A stretch of DNA of 29,192 bases from Armatimonadota bacterium (GTDB taxonomy: Bacteria; Armatimonadota; Zipacnadia; Zipacnadales; UBA5352): NCBI GenBank assembly GCA_034722055.1, contig JAYENL010000135.1, positions 7,399 through 36,590 of the forward strand. Direction: 5' to 3'. Shown one piece after another: positions 7,022 through 15,233 of the stretch (position 1 is the stretch's first letter; each line of letters begins with the position of its first letter). The position numbers and the translations under genes are program-made. The notes beneath the pieces were generated by a model, which saw nothing but the letters and a program-made list of their open reading frames with translations, was not told where the DNA came from and did not search any database.

Positions 7022-7505
7022 CGTGGGCACGCCGCCGTCCGTACGGCAGAGGAGCGGCGCGTGTTGTAGTGTGCGCACCTGTGCCGGGCCCGCCGGCGTC
7101 GTGTCGTGCTGTTTGGAGGGGCGCGCCGCCGCTCGCGCCCGGTGGTCGTCTGTCGTTGCCGTTGTAGGGCGCGGACCTGTGCCGCGCCGACAAGAGTCGG
7201 GCTGGAAGCCCGACCTACGCGGTTCGGTGTTGGGCCGGGCGCCGCCAGATCCTTGGCGCCGTCGTCGTGCGACTCCTCCATACGGCAAAGGCAACGGCAA
7301 TCGCCCTGCGGGCGATCCCCGGCGAGGGCGCCGGGGCCACAATGCCGACGACTAACGACAAACAGCGCACGCACAGGAGTGTGCGTGCCACGGGAACAGC
7401 AAACGACGCTGGAGGGGCGGGGAGCTGTGCCGCCCCGCTCGTTGTCGTGCACCGTCGCCGTCAGGCCGTACGGAGCTGCGGGCTGCCCCGCCCGCCGCGG
7501 TTGCC
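7022..7505. repeat. Cluster of further REP-like palindromes (BIME-like)
   Basis: GCACGCCGCCGTCCGTACGG (~7027-7046), GTAGGGCGCGG...GTCGGGCTGGAAGCCCGACCTAC (~7164-7218), CTCCATACG (7276-7284), CGTACGGAGCTGCGGGCTGCCCCGCCCGC (from 7467). Confidence 0.65.
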
Positions 7506-7562
7506 GTGAGCTTGCAGCTTGAAACATCCCACGCCCCGCTCATCCATGGTAGGAGGCAGTCC

Positions 7563-8867
7563 ATGAGCATCATCACCGTCGAGAGGCTCAGCGACCTCAG
7601 CGACGAGCGCCGCGAGGCGATCATGCAGCGCTCCATGGAGGACCTGAGCGAGATCTACGAGGACATGCGGGACATCTGCGAGGACATCCGCGAGCGCGGC
7701 GACCTCGTCACGCTGGAGCACTACACCAAGTACAAGAGCGACATCGGCCCTGAGGACCTCAAGGCCTCAGACGCGGAGATCGAGGCGGCCTACGATGAGG
7801 TGCCGGACGGGGTCGTGGAGCACCTGAAATTCGCGGCCTCCAACATCATCGCCTTCCACGAGGCGCAGTTCGAGCGCGACATGTGGAGCGTGGAGACCGC
7901 GCCGGGGATCCTGGCAGGGCGCGTCGTGCGGCCGGTTGACTCCGCGGGCTGCTACATCCCCGGGCGGCAGGCCAGCTACCCCTCCAGCGTGCTCATGACT
8001 ATCCTCCCGGCCAGGGTTGCCGGCGTCGAGCAAGTGATCGCCTGCACGCCGCCGAACGAGGGCATGACCGCGAACCCCATCTCGCTGGTAGCCGCCGACC
8101 TGGCCGGCTGCCGGGAGGTCTTCAAGATCGGCGGGCCGTGGGCCATCGCCTCCATGGCCTACGGCACCGAGACCGTGCCGCAGGTCAACACCATCGTGGG
8201 GCCGGGGAACAAGTACGTCACCGCCGCGAAGATGGCGGTCTTCGGAACGGTGGCCATCGACTCCCCGGCCGGCCCCAGCGAGATCCTCATCCTGGCCGAT
8301 GACTCCGCGAACCCCGAGTGGCTGGCTATCGACTTCCTCTCCCAGGCCGAGCATGACCAGGACGCCGCGGCGGTGCTGGTGACGCCCTCGGAGGAGCTGG
8401 CAAAGGCCACGGCCGAGGCCGTGCAGCAGGCCTTCGGCTCCGCCGAGCGCCAGGAGATCCTGCGTCCGGCGCTTCAGAACAACTCCGCCATTCTGCTTAC
8501 CGAGGACATGGAGCAGGCCATCGAGTTCACCAACGCCTACGCCGCGGAGCACCTGGAGGTGGCGGTCGATGACCCCATGCTGCTGCTCCCGCGCATCAGG
8601 CACGCGGGCTCGATCTTCCTGGGCCATTACGCGCCGGTCCCGGCCGGCGACTACGCCTCGGGGACGAACCACGTCCTGCCCACGGGGCTGACGGCGAAGA
8701 TGTTCTCGGGGCTGTCCATCGATAACTTCCTCAAGAAGCCGACCTTCCAGCTTCTCTCGCGCGAGGGCCTGCAGCACCTGGCGCCGGCGGTCATGGCCCT
8801 CTCTGAGGCCGAGGGCCTGCCGCTGCACGGCGAGGCCGTCCGCGTGCGCGTGGAAGGTGGGGAGTAG
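7563..8867 (+). CDS. hisD: Histidinol dehydrogenase
   Basis: Motifs GCYIPG, YPSSVLM, GPGNKYV, IDSPAGPSEILILAD, LSQAEHD, AEHLE, GDYASGTNHVLPT; RBS AGGAGG upstream of ATG 7563. Confidence 0.97.
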   Translation: MSIITVERLSDLSDERREAIMQRSMEDLSEIYEDMRDICEDIRERGDLVTLEHYTKYKSDIGPEDLKASDAEIEAAYDEVPDGVVEHLKFAASNIIAFHEAQFERDMWSVETAPGILAGRVVRPVDSAGCYIPGRQASYPSSVLMTILPARVAGVEQVIACTPPNEGMTANPISLVAADLAGCREVFKIGGPWAIASMAYGTETVPQVNTIVGPGNKYVTAAKMAVFGTVAIDSPAGPSEILILADDSANPEWLAIDFLSQAEHDQDAAAVLVTPSEELAKATAEAVQQAFGSAERQEILRPALQNNSAILLTEDMEQAIEFTNAYAAEHLEVAVDDPMLLLPRIRHAGSIFLGHYAPVPAGDYASGTNHVLPTGLTAKMFSGLSIDNFLKKPTFQLLSREGLQHLAPAVMALSEAEGLPLHGEAVRVRVEGGE

Positions 8868-8933
8868 GGGAGAGGATGAGCGTCGTTGCCGTCCGGAGCG
8901 GCCGGGCTTAAGCCCGGCCGAGTCGTTCAGACG

Positions 8934-9623
8934 CTACGGGGCCTCGGGGCCTGGAGGTGACGCCTGCTCGCTCTCGTTGCGCCCCTCGGGGATCGGGACC
9001 AGGCGGGCGGCGACGGTGAGGGCGCCGTCGCCCACCTCCACGGACTCGGGCTCCAGGCCGGCCTTGCCGAGCCGATCGGAGAGCAGGTCGGCCACCTGGC
9101 TCTCCGCGATCTGCCGGAACTCGCCCGGCAGCGAGACTCCGCCGCCGTCCACCTTCACCACCGAGAGCTTCAGCTTCCCGTCCTCCACGCTCGGCTCCAT
9201 GGAGACCGTCACCCGCACCGGCCAGAGCAGGACCTTGGCGCGCGCGCCCATGTGCACCCGGCCGTTGCGGAAGCGCACCCGCGGCGCGGCGTAGCCCTTG
9301 GGCAGGCCCACCGCCTCGGGGTTCTCCTCCAGGTAAGAGTTGATGTCCTGCTCGGTGAGGGTGACCTGGATGGTGGGGCGAACGCCGCGGATGGCCTGAA
9401 TCTGCTCCAGCGAGAGGCCGGCGCCGGGCTCGGCGTCCACCGTCTGCAGCCGTGCCCCGAAGAACGCGCGAACGGGGCCGGGGTAGCCCTCCGGCGAGCG
9501 CCGGACGGCAATCCCCAGCCCCGTGAGGATCAGGATCATCACCACGCCACCCATCAGGCAGCCGAGGCCGAAGCCGGCCCGCCACTTGCGCGCGAGCGCG
9601 TTCGACCCGAGCTGACCCGGCAT
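8934..9623 (-). CDS. Membrane-anchored DUF2993/LmeA-like (lipid-binding fold) protein
   Basis: N-terminal TM helix; VTLTEQDINSYL...PSVEDGKLKLSVVKVDGGGVSLP...VEVGDGALTV pattern. Confidence 0.6.
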   Translation of the reverse strand: MPGQLGSNALARKWRAGFGLGCLMGGVVMILILTGLGIAVRRSPEGYPGPVRAFFGARLQTVDAEPGAGLSLEQIQAIRGVRPTIQVTLTEQDINSYLEENPEAVGLPKGYAAPRVRFRNGRVHMGARAKVLLWPVRVTVSMEPSVEDGKLKLSVVKVDGGGVSLPGEFRQIAESQVADLLSDRLGKAGLEPESVEVGDGALTVAARLVPIPEGRNESEQASPPGPEAP

Positions 9624-9647
9624 GGCAATCAGCGCCCCTCCAGCGTA

Positions 9648-10412
9648 CTACTCGCCGGCGCCCTCAGCGCCCGGCATCTCCGGCATGGCCCTGCCCATCT
9701 CTTCCAGGTCGGAAAGGTCCATGAACTCGACGTCCTCGGGCACCTCGAAGGTGCTGGCAGGCACCTCGCCGACCTGCGAGTACTCGTAGGTGAAGGTGGT
9801 GTCGCCTGACTGCATCTTCCGATAGAGGCCGTCATCCTTAGCGATCCAGACCTTCTCTGTCTCGCCCTCGCCCGCTGACGTCTCCACCGTCCAGCACTCC
9901 ACCCCGTCTACGGTCTCGCTGCCGATGATCGGGGCGTCGGGATCGACGTCGTCATAGGGGTTAGCCGGGGCCTGAGCCTCCGCCTCGGCATCCGGCTCAG
10001 TGAGGGCGACCCTCACTCCACGGCCCTGGTCGGGGTCCCAGGAGTACATCACCTTCTCCTCGTTGTCCATGACCATGACGCCGGGCTCGTCCGTGGGCTC
10101 GATCTTGATCTTCGAGACCCCGCCCTCACCCATCATCATGGTCATCGTGGCCGTGTGCTTCTCGCCGCTGGCGTCCTCGGTGTATACATCCATGACGAAG
10201 CTGGATGGCCAGTGCCCAACGATATCGGCCATGGTCTTCGCCTCGCCCGCGGCAGCACCAGGTTCCCCCTCCGGCGCTCCCGCCTCACCGGGCAACTCGC
10301 CGGGCATGATGCCCTCCTCCTCCGCCTCCGGCGCCTTCTTTGGGCACCCCATCATCGCCGCGGTCCCCACAAGCGCCACGGCCAGCACTAGCACGGTCTT
10401 TGCTGCGCGCAT
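9648..10412 (-). CDS. Lipoprotein with LolA-like/DUF4412-type domain
   Basis: Lipobox MMG-C; IIGSETVDGVECWTVE...KVWIAKDDGL...VPASTFEVPED; RBS GGGAGG. Confidence 0.75.
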   Translation of the reverse strand: MRAAKTVLVLAVALVGTAAMMGCPKKAPEAEEEGIMPGELPGEAGAPEGEPGAAAGEAKTMADIVGHWPSSFVMDVYTEDASGEKHTATMTMMMGEGGVSKIKIEPTDEPGVMVMDNEEKVMYSWDPDQGRGVRVALTEPDAEAEAQAPANPYDDVDPDAPIIGSETVDGVECWTVETSAGEGETEKVWIAKDDGLYRKMQSGDTTFTYEYSQVGEVPASTFEVPEDVEFMDLSDLEEMGRAMPEMPGAEGAGE

Positions 10413-10473
10413 TCTGTCGCCTCCCTGCAGTTCTCGCCTGTGATCCCCTGCCTTGCAGTGTCGTACCCGGGTC

Positions 10474-10502
10474 ATTATGCGCCCGAGGCAATGCGCCGTC
10501 AA
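10474..10502 (-). promoter_or_regulatory. Sigma-70 promoter for the LolA-like lipoprotein gene
   Basis: Minus strand TTGACG-N17-CATAAT, about 60 nt upstream of the ATG. Confidence 0.65.
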
Positions 10503-10627
10503 GCGCACCCACCGGGCTGGAACCTGAGGCAGCAGCGGAGCGGCTGCTCCCTCTTACCCGGGAGCTGGTCGCCTTCCTCACAGCGAACAGCAGAAGGAAT
10601 GATGGCAGTCGTCAGAGAACCTTCCGG

Positions 10628-10650
10628 TTGAGATCGAAGATCTCCAGGAG
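10628..10650 (+). repeat. Family B mini-hairpin, compensatory variant
   Basis: TTGAGATC-GAA-GATCTCCAGGAG versus TTGAGACC-GAA-GGTCTCCAGGAG at 2480-2502. Confidence 0.8.
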
Positions 10651-10689
10651 GCGCGACGTCAAGATGCCGCATCGATAGGAGGGGCGGCG

Positions 10690-10950
10690 ATGGAGAACGT
10701 GCGCATCTACATGACCAGCGATGTCCCCGAGGCGGCACTGGCAGAGCTCGACAAGCTCGACGGGGTCTCCGCCGGCGATGGCGTGATCTTGGGTGCCGGG
10801 GAGGCGCGGCCGGAGGAGGGCGCGATGCTCCTGTTCTACCAGGCCGAGGGCGGCAAGGGTGAGATTCGCATCCCGTTCTCGAGCATCGCGATGGTGGACG
10901 AGGGCGTGAGGCGCGCCACCATGAAGCGCACCACCGGGCTCGCCAACTGA
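10690..10950 (+). CDS. Small hypothetical protein (86 aa)
   Basis: RBS AGGAGG, ATG start, coding-like codon usage, globular acidic sequence. Confidence 0.7.
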   Translation: MENVRIYMTSDVPEAALAELDKLDGVSAGDGVILGAGEARPEEGAMLLFYQAEGGKGEIRIPFSSIAMVDEGVRRATMKRTTGLAN

Positions 10951-11401
10951 TCTGCCGCTATCACATGTCGCCCAGGCCCCCGTCGGCCGGCGGGGCGAGG
11001 GGGGATGAATGCGTCTCACCACAGCGCGTCCGGGCGTTCAGCGCGGCTGCCCCTGCAGCGCACGACGCCCGGCAGTGTCGGCACGTCGAAGGAATTGGCC
11101 TCGACCTGTTGCCTCTGCGCGTCTCTTGCTCGCCTCGCCGTGTCATTCGCCTTCGAGCGTGGGCGAGGATGGCCGCGCCCCGGACTGTGGCGCCGCGAGT
11201 GCGCCGGACTTCCGCGCGGAACCCCCTCCGCCAGGCACTGACGGACAGGTACCGAGTCGGTCGCATGGTGTGCGGGCGGCCTTCGGTCTCATGGGGAGAG
11301 GCTGCGGGGGCAGGTGTCCGGCCGCCGACGGCGAATCATGACCACGACAGAAAGGCGCCCTTTCGGGTGCGCCATCATCTGAAGGAAGGCGTGGCGTTGC
11401 G

Positions 11402-11596
11402 ATGATCGATGTTCTCGGTCGGGGATTCCAGATACTCATGGAGGCGGGAGGCGGCTCCGATCTGCTTCCCATGATCGCGTTCTCTCTCATCCTGGTGTTG
11501 CTGGGCCTGGGCCTGGGTCTGTTCATCATGCGGAAGATCGTACGGTCCGGCGTGCGGCCTCCCGAGCCGGAGCCTGAGCCCGAGCAGCCGCAGTGA
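11402..11596 (+). CDS. Small single-TM membrane protein
   Basis: RBS-like AAGGAAGG; one hydrophobic helix followed by basic residues and a PE-repeat tail. Confidence 0.6.
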   Translation: MIDVLGRGFQILMEAGGGSDLLPMIAFSLILVLLGLGLGLFIMRKIVRSGVRPPEPEPEPEQPQ

Positions 11597-11689
11597 CCTC
11601 GGCGGACCTCGCCGGGTTAGATGATGCGCCCCAAGGCCGGTCTGTGCGACCGGCCTCCTCGTACTGTGACCACCTGAGAGGTGGGTCAC

Positions 11690-12163
11690 GTGGCGCCGTC
11701 GCGGCGGTTATCGGTCGAGGCTCGAGGAGCGCTCCAGGCTGCACAGCAGATCGCTCGCGAGCGCAGCTGCCCGCATGTCCTCCCGGCGCACATCGCCCTG
11801 GCCATCCTGGAGGCCGCGGACTGCGCAGCCCTTTCGGTTCTCCATGAGATGGGCATTGACGCCCGCCGCCTCCAGCGCGCGCTGCTCGACGACCTGCCTG
11901 ACGTCAAGGCCGGCCCCACCCCCGCTGACATCCCCTTGGCCCCCTCCGCCGCACGCTGTCTGCAGATGGCCTACGTCGAGGCCCGAAAGGCTCGCGCTCG
12001 CTCGTGCGACTGCTCGGGGAAGCCCACCATCACCACTGAGCATCTCCTGCTGGGTCTCATCAGTCCCTCCGCCGATGCCGGCCTCACAGCGCTGCGCAGC
12101 CACGGGGTGTTCTATGGCGAGGTGGGGGAGACCATGCGCCGAATGGCCAACTCGGACGCATAG
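11690..12163 (+). CDS. Stand-alone Clp protease N-terminal (Clp_N repeat) domain protein
   Basis: Two Clp_N repeats (ARGALQAAQQIARE...VLPAHIALAIL; AARCLQMAYVEAR...ITTEHLLLGL) with no AAA+ domain; GAGAGGT upstream of GTG 11690. Confidence 0.85.
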   Translation: MAPSRRLSVEARGALQAAQQIARERSCPHVLPAHIALAILEAADCAALSVLHEMGIDARRLQRALLDDLPDVKAGPTPADIPLAPSAARCLQMAYVEARKARARSCDCSGKPTITTEHLLLGLISPSADAGLTALRSHGVFYGEVGETMRRMANSDA

Positions 12164-12220
12164 TGGCGTACAGCTATCCGGCCTATAGTTATACAGACGT
12201 CCACGTAGGAGCTGGCCGGT

Positions 12221-12248
12221 GTATAGCTTTAGCCCGTAAAAGCTATAC
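12221..12248. terminator. AT-rich hairpin between convergent genes
   Basis: GTATAGCTTT-N8-AAAGCTATAC overlapping the rhodanese stop codon. Confidence 0.45.
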
Positions 12249-12666
12249 TCCTGCTGCAGGTTGGACACCCCGGCTGCCAGGGGCCATCCCAGGACTTGAG
12301 GCCATCCTCCAGGTTGTACACATGCTTGAAGCCGCTTGCGACCAGCAGATCCGCGGCCGAGCTGCTGCGAACGCCGCCGCTGCACACACACGCGGTCCGC
12401 ACGTTGGGATCAAGCTCACAGATGCGATCAGCCAGCTCAGCCAGCGGAATGTTGAGTGAGCCGGGGATATGCCCGCTCTCGTACTCACTCGGTGTGCGGA
12501 CGTCGAGAATCACCAGTGGCTCCCCGTCGGCCATCATCGCCTGCAACTCAGTGTCCGAGATGTCCTGCCTGACGGGCTGCGCCGGCGTCCCGGAGCCGCC
12601 GCCGCAGCCACTCGCCAACGCAACCGCCATCGCCAGACCAACCGCTGCAAGGGCGTATCGCCGCAA
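12229..12666 (-). CDS. Rhodanese-like sulfurtransferase lipoprotein
   Basis: ILDVRTPSEYESGHIPGS, active-site loop CSGGVRS, VYNLEDGLKSW; lipobox LASG-C; TTG start after GAAGGGAG. Confidence 0.85.
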   Translation of the reverse strand: MRRYALAAVGLAMAVALASGCGGGSGTPAQPVRQDISDTELQAMMADGEPLVILDVRTPSEYESGHIPGSLNIPLAELADRICELDPNVRTACVCSGGVRSSSAADLLVASGFKHVYNLEDGLKSWDGPWQPGCPTCSRSIAFTG

Positions 12667-12888
12667 TGTCGTGTCTCCCTTCGTGTGATGTGTGTCCGCG
12701 GGCTGTTCGGCGCTGTCCGCCGCCCCCGCCTTCGTCATGAGTACCCTGGCAGCCTGCATAGGGGAGGGGGAGGAGGGCATGGAGGCCGGGACGTGGCGGG
12801 TCCGACCGTTGCCAGGCAAGTATAAGTTTCGGGCCCCCAAACCCTTCATAGATGTCTAGCGCACAGGTGGGCTCGTCATGCCCGACGG

Positions 12889-13408
12889 TCACTCAGATGC
12901 GGGCGCAGGCTCGTCATCGGCATTGCCGGGCTCCGGCTGCTCCACCGCCGCCTCCGGCTCGAACTTCGTGCTCCGGTCCACTCGGGCGGTGACGTGCATC
13001 AGCACTGCCAGCGTCACGATGGAGGCGATCGTGATGGTCAGGCCGGTGTAGCCGCGGAAATAGAAGGCGTAGGAGAACAACCTCCACCTCGTAGGTGCGG
13101 AACCAGATCAGCCCGCGCCGGCGCAGATCCAGGTCCAGGTCCACGCTGAGCTCGTTGGAGTCGGGCACCACAGTCTGGGGCTTCGGCTCCGGAACCCCCC
13201 GCTCGATCTCGCGCTCCGTGCGGATGCGCCTCAGCGCCATCTGGGGCGTGGTCTGCTTCAGCGGCGTCCCCCACATGGCCTCTACATCGCCGCGCAGTTG
13301 CTCGCGGGCGCTCGTGGTCCGACTGGTGATAGTGGTGCCCAGCACCATCCATGCAATGCTCACGCTGATGTAGATCAGGACGATAAGCGCTATGCGTGAG
13401 CTGTTCAT
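12889..13408 (-). pseudogene. Inner membrane CreD-family gene with a large internal deletion and frameshift
   Basis: N-terminus (IAWMVLGTTI...MWG...LDLDLRRRGLIWFRTYEV) joins at ~13080-13086, out of frame, to a C-terminal TM part (LFSYAFYFRGYTGLTITIASIVTLAVLMHVTARVD). Confidence 0.75.
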
Positions 13409-13460
13409 GATGTCTCCCCCAATCAGGCGCCATGCTCTCTCGCCAGGCGGCAGTCACGCT

Positions 13461-13488
13461 TCAGACGACCGACAGGCGCGCCGGTTCC
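13461..13488 (-). promoter_or_regulatory. Putative ECF-sigma promoter for the CreD-like gene
   Basis: Minus strand GGAACC-N15-CGTCTGA about 50 nt upstream of the ATG. Confidence 0.45.
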
Positions 13489-13591
13489 GTCCCGCTGTCA
13501 GCGCTCCCGGAGCTGACCGGGGGCGAGGCAGCTCTCGACGTTGCGCGCCGGGCAGCCCTACCTGGTTCTCGTGCTCTCACCTGGGTGGCCG

Positions 13592-14659
13592 TCAGCCCCC
13601 GCGGTCATTCAGAAGCCCGTCCAGGACCTCATCCACAAAGGTGGGGGAGTGGTAGGTGTCCGCCAGAATGGCCCTGACCTGATGGGGTGACCATTCCCTT
13701 AGCAGGCTGCGAGCCCAGTTCCGGGCGGTGGCCAGGCGCTCATCCTCGCCGCGTCGGCGCTCCGCCGCATCGGTGTCACGTTCAGCCTGCATGACCTTGA
13801 CCACCGTGTAGAAGTACGCCACGGGCTTGGCGATCGCTTGGCCTCTCTCCAGGCGTTGGGCCACGCTGTCAAGCGCGGCAGCGACGATGGGTGGGTCATA
13901 GCCGCTAAGAAAACGCTCAATACTGGCGCGCTCGTCAGGGACCTCGAAGTAGGCAGCGGCTGTGCTGGCCAGAGCCTCCACGCTTTCCACAGTTGTGGAA
14001 AACTCGAGGTCACACCCTCCGTGGTTTTCCACAATCCGCCGAAGGTGGGAGTACGGTCGCTTCTCGTCCTCGGCGAGGCCGTTCTCGCGAGTATCTTCAC
14101 CCCACGAGGACGAATCCGTGGGGGCACTGCCCCTCGTATTCTCACTGCTAGGTTCTTCGGACTCCTGTTCTTCCAGTTGCGGATTCTGCGCAGTCTTGAC
14201 TTGATCATTCTGCCCATTCTTGATTTGCGGATTCTGCGCAGTCTTGGTTTGCGGATTCTGCAAGTCAAGCTTCGGGCGCCAGTCACGTATGTACTCCTCG
14301 AGCTTGTCGCGGGGGATTCGGGTAATGATCCAGATGTTGGTCTTGCCCTGCCCCCGGCGGCGGACCTTGACCAGCCCAACCTCGATAAGCCGGCTCAGAT
14401 GCCGCGAGACGGTCGAGACTGTAATGTCTCGCGCCCGCGCCAGAGTCTGCTCCCCCACGAATGTCTCACGCCCTACGTAGGCGAAGCTCTTGAGGACCGC
14501 GTAGGTCATCTTTTCCCCGTCGGACAGCTCCGGGTAGCAGCGCAGGACAGCGTTGCTTACCTGGGTGAAGCCCGTGGCCTGCTCCAGGTCCTCGTACTGG
14601 ACGAGGGGCTCCTCGTCAGGCTGCTCCTGGTTGTGCGGGCGCCCGTGGAGCTCAGACAT
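13592..14659 (-). CDS. Phage/plasmid-type replication initiator (N-terminal winged HTH, HTH_36-like; C-terminal DnaD/DnaB_2-like helical domain)
   Basis: GFTQVSNAVLR..ELSDGEKMTYAVLKSFA...TLARARDITVSTVSRHLSRLIEVGLVKVRRRGQGKTNIW; central QNPQ repeats; C-terminal AIAKPVAYFYTVVK. Confidence 0.8.
   Translation of the reverse strand: MSELHGRPHNQEQPDEEPLVQYEDLEQATGFTQVSNAVLRCYPELSDGEKMTYAVLKSFAYVGRETFVGEQTLARARDITVSTVSRHLSRLIEVGLVKVRRRGQGKTNIWIITRIPRDKLEEYIRDWRPKLDLQNPQTKTAQNPQIKNGQNDQVKTAQNPQLEEQESEEPSSENTRGSAPTDSSSWGEDTRENGLAEDEKRPYSHLRRIVENHGGCDLEFSTTVESVEALASTAAAYFEVPDERASIERFLSGYDPPIVAAALDSVAQRLERGQAIAKPVAYFYTVVKVMQAERDTDAAERRRGEDERLATARNWARSLLREWSPHQVRAILADTYHSPTFVDEVLDGLLNDRGG
13983..14033. 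promoter_or_regulatory. Cluster of DnaA-box-like sites inside the rep gene
   Basis: TTTTCCACA at 14025-14033 (+) and 13994-14002 (-) match TTWTNCACA; CTTTCCACA at 13983-13991 has 1 mismatch; TCATCCACA at 13629-13637 has 1 mismatch. Confidence 0.6.
14177..14266. repeat. Four 24-bp iteron-like direct repeats inside the rep gene
   Basis: ttgcggattctgcgcagtcttgac / ttgatcattctgcccattcttgat / ttgcggattctgcgcagtcttggt / ttgcggattctgcaagtc. Confidence 0.85.
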
Positions 14660-14768
14660 TCATCTACCGTCCACCTTGGTTGCGCCCTCTGACGTGCGGT
14701 ACGGTGTCCATCCAACGGCATTCGTCGAACCCGGGACCCAACGGTGTTGCCGCTGCAACTCGTCTTGC

Positions 14769-14963
14769 CTACGCATCGCCGGTATTGCGGGCCCCGCCCT
14801 CCATCAGCCAACGCTCCAGTTGCCGGCGATGAAAGCGCCAGACCTTGCCGACCTTAGCACCGGGCACCTCACCGTCGCTGGCCTTGATGCGCAGGGTGCG
14901 GGGATGCACTCGCAGGTACGCGGCGGCCTCGTTGAGCGTCAGCACGTCGGCGTCCAACCGCAT
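14769..14963 (-). CDS. Excisionase-like HTH_17 DNA-binding protein
   Basis: VLTLNEAAAYLRVHPRTLRIKASDGEVPGAKVGKVWRFHRRQLERWL; AAGGAG upstream. Confidence 0.9.
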   Translation of the reverse strand: MRLDADVLTLNEAAAYLRVHPRTLRIKASDGEVPGAKVGKVWRFHRRQLERWLMEGGARNTGDA

Positions 14964-15233
14964 CAGGCGTCACACTCCTTGCGGCGATCGGGCGAACTGG
15001 GGTCTCGCTGCACCGTATCATTGTAGTACGCGAATCCCCGATGACACCAGAATAACCAGCCGGGTGATTCCGCACGACTCCGCAGAATCCTCCTCCGTCC
15101 TCTTCAGGCCGGATAGTTCGTGCCCCGCCAGAGACAGACCTTCGTGGCTTCGGGAAAGGGCCGCGAAGGCATTCTCACAGTGGGCGGCGAAGACTCCGCC
15201 AGCCGATCCAGTCCGGAAAGGAGTCAGCCGTCA

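Noticed and set aside
6678..7527. ORFs of 130-237 aa in the region upstream of hisD
   Set aside because: Translate through palindromic repeats; no RBS or protein-like composition
13629..14033. Primary chromosomal oriC
   Set aside because: Boxes lie within a CDS; no dnaA/dnaN/gyrB context and no obvious AT-rich DUE
13450..15230. Intact prophage or ICE
   Set aside because: No integrase, att repeats, tRNA target, structural or transfer genes detected in the window
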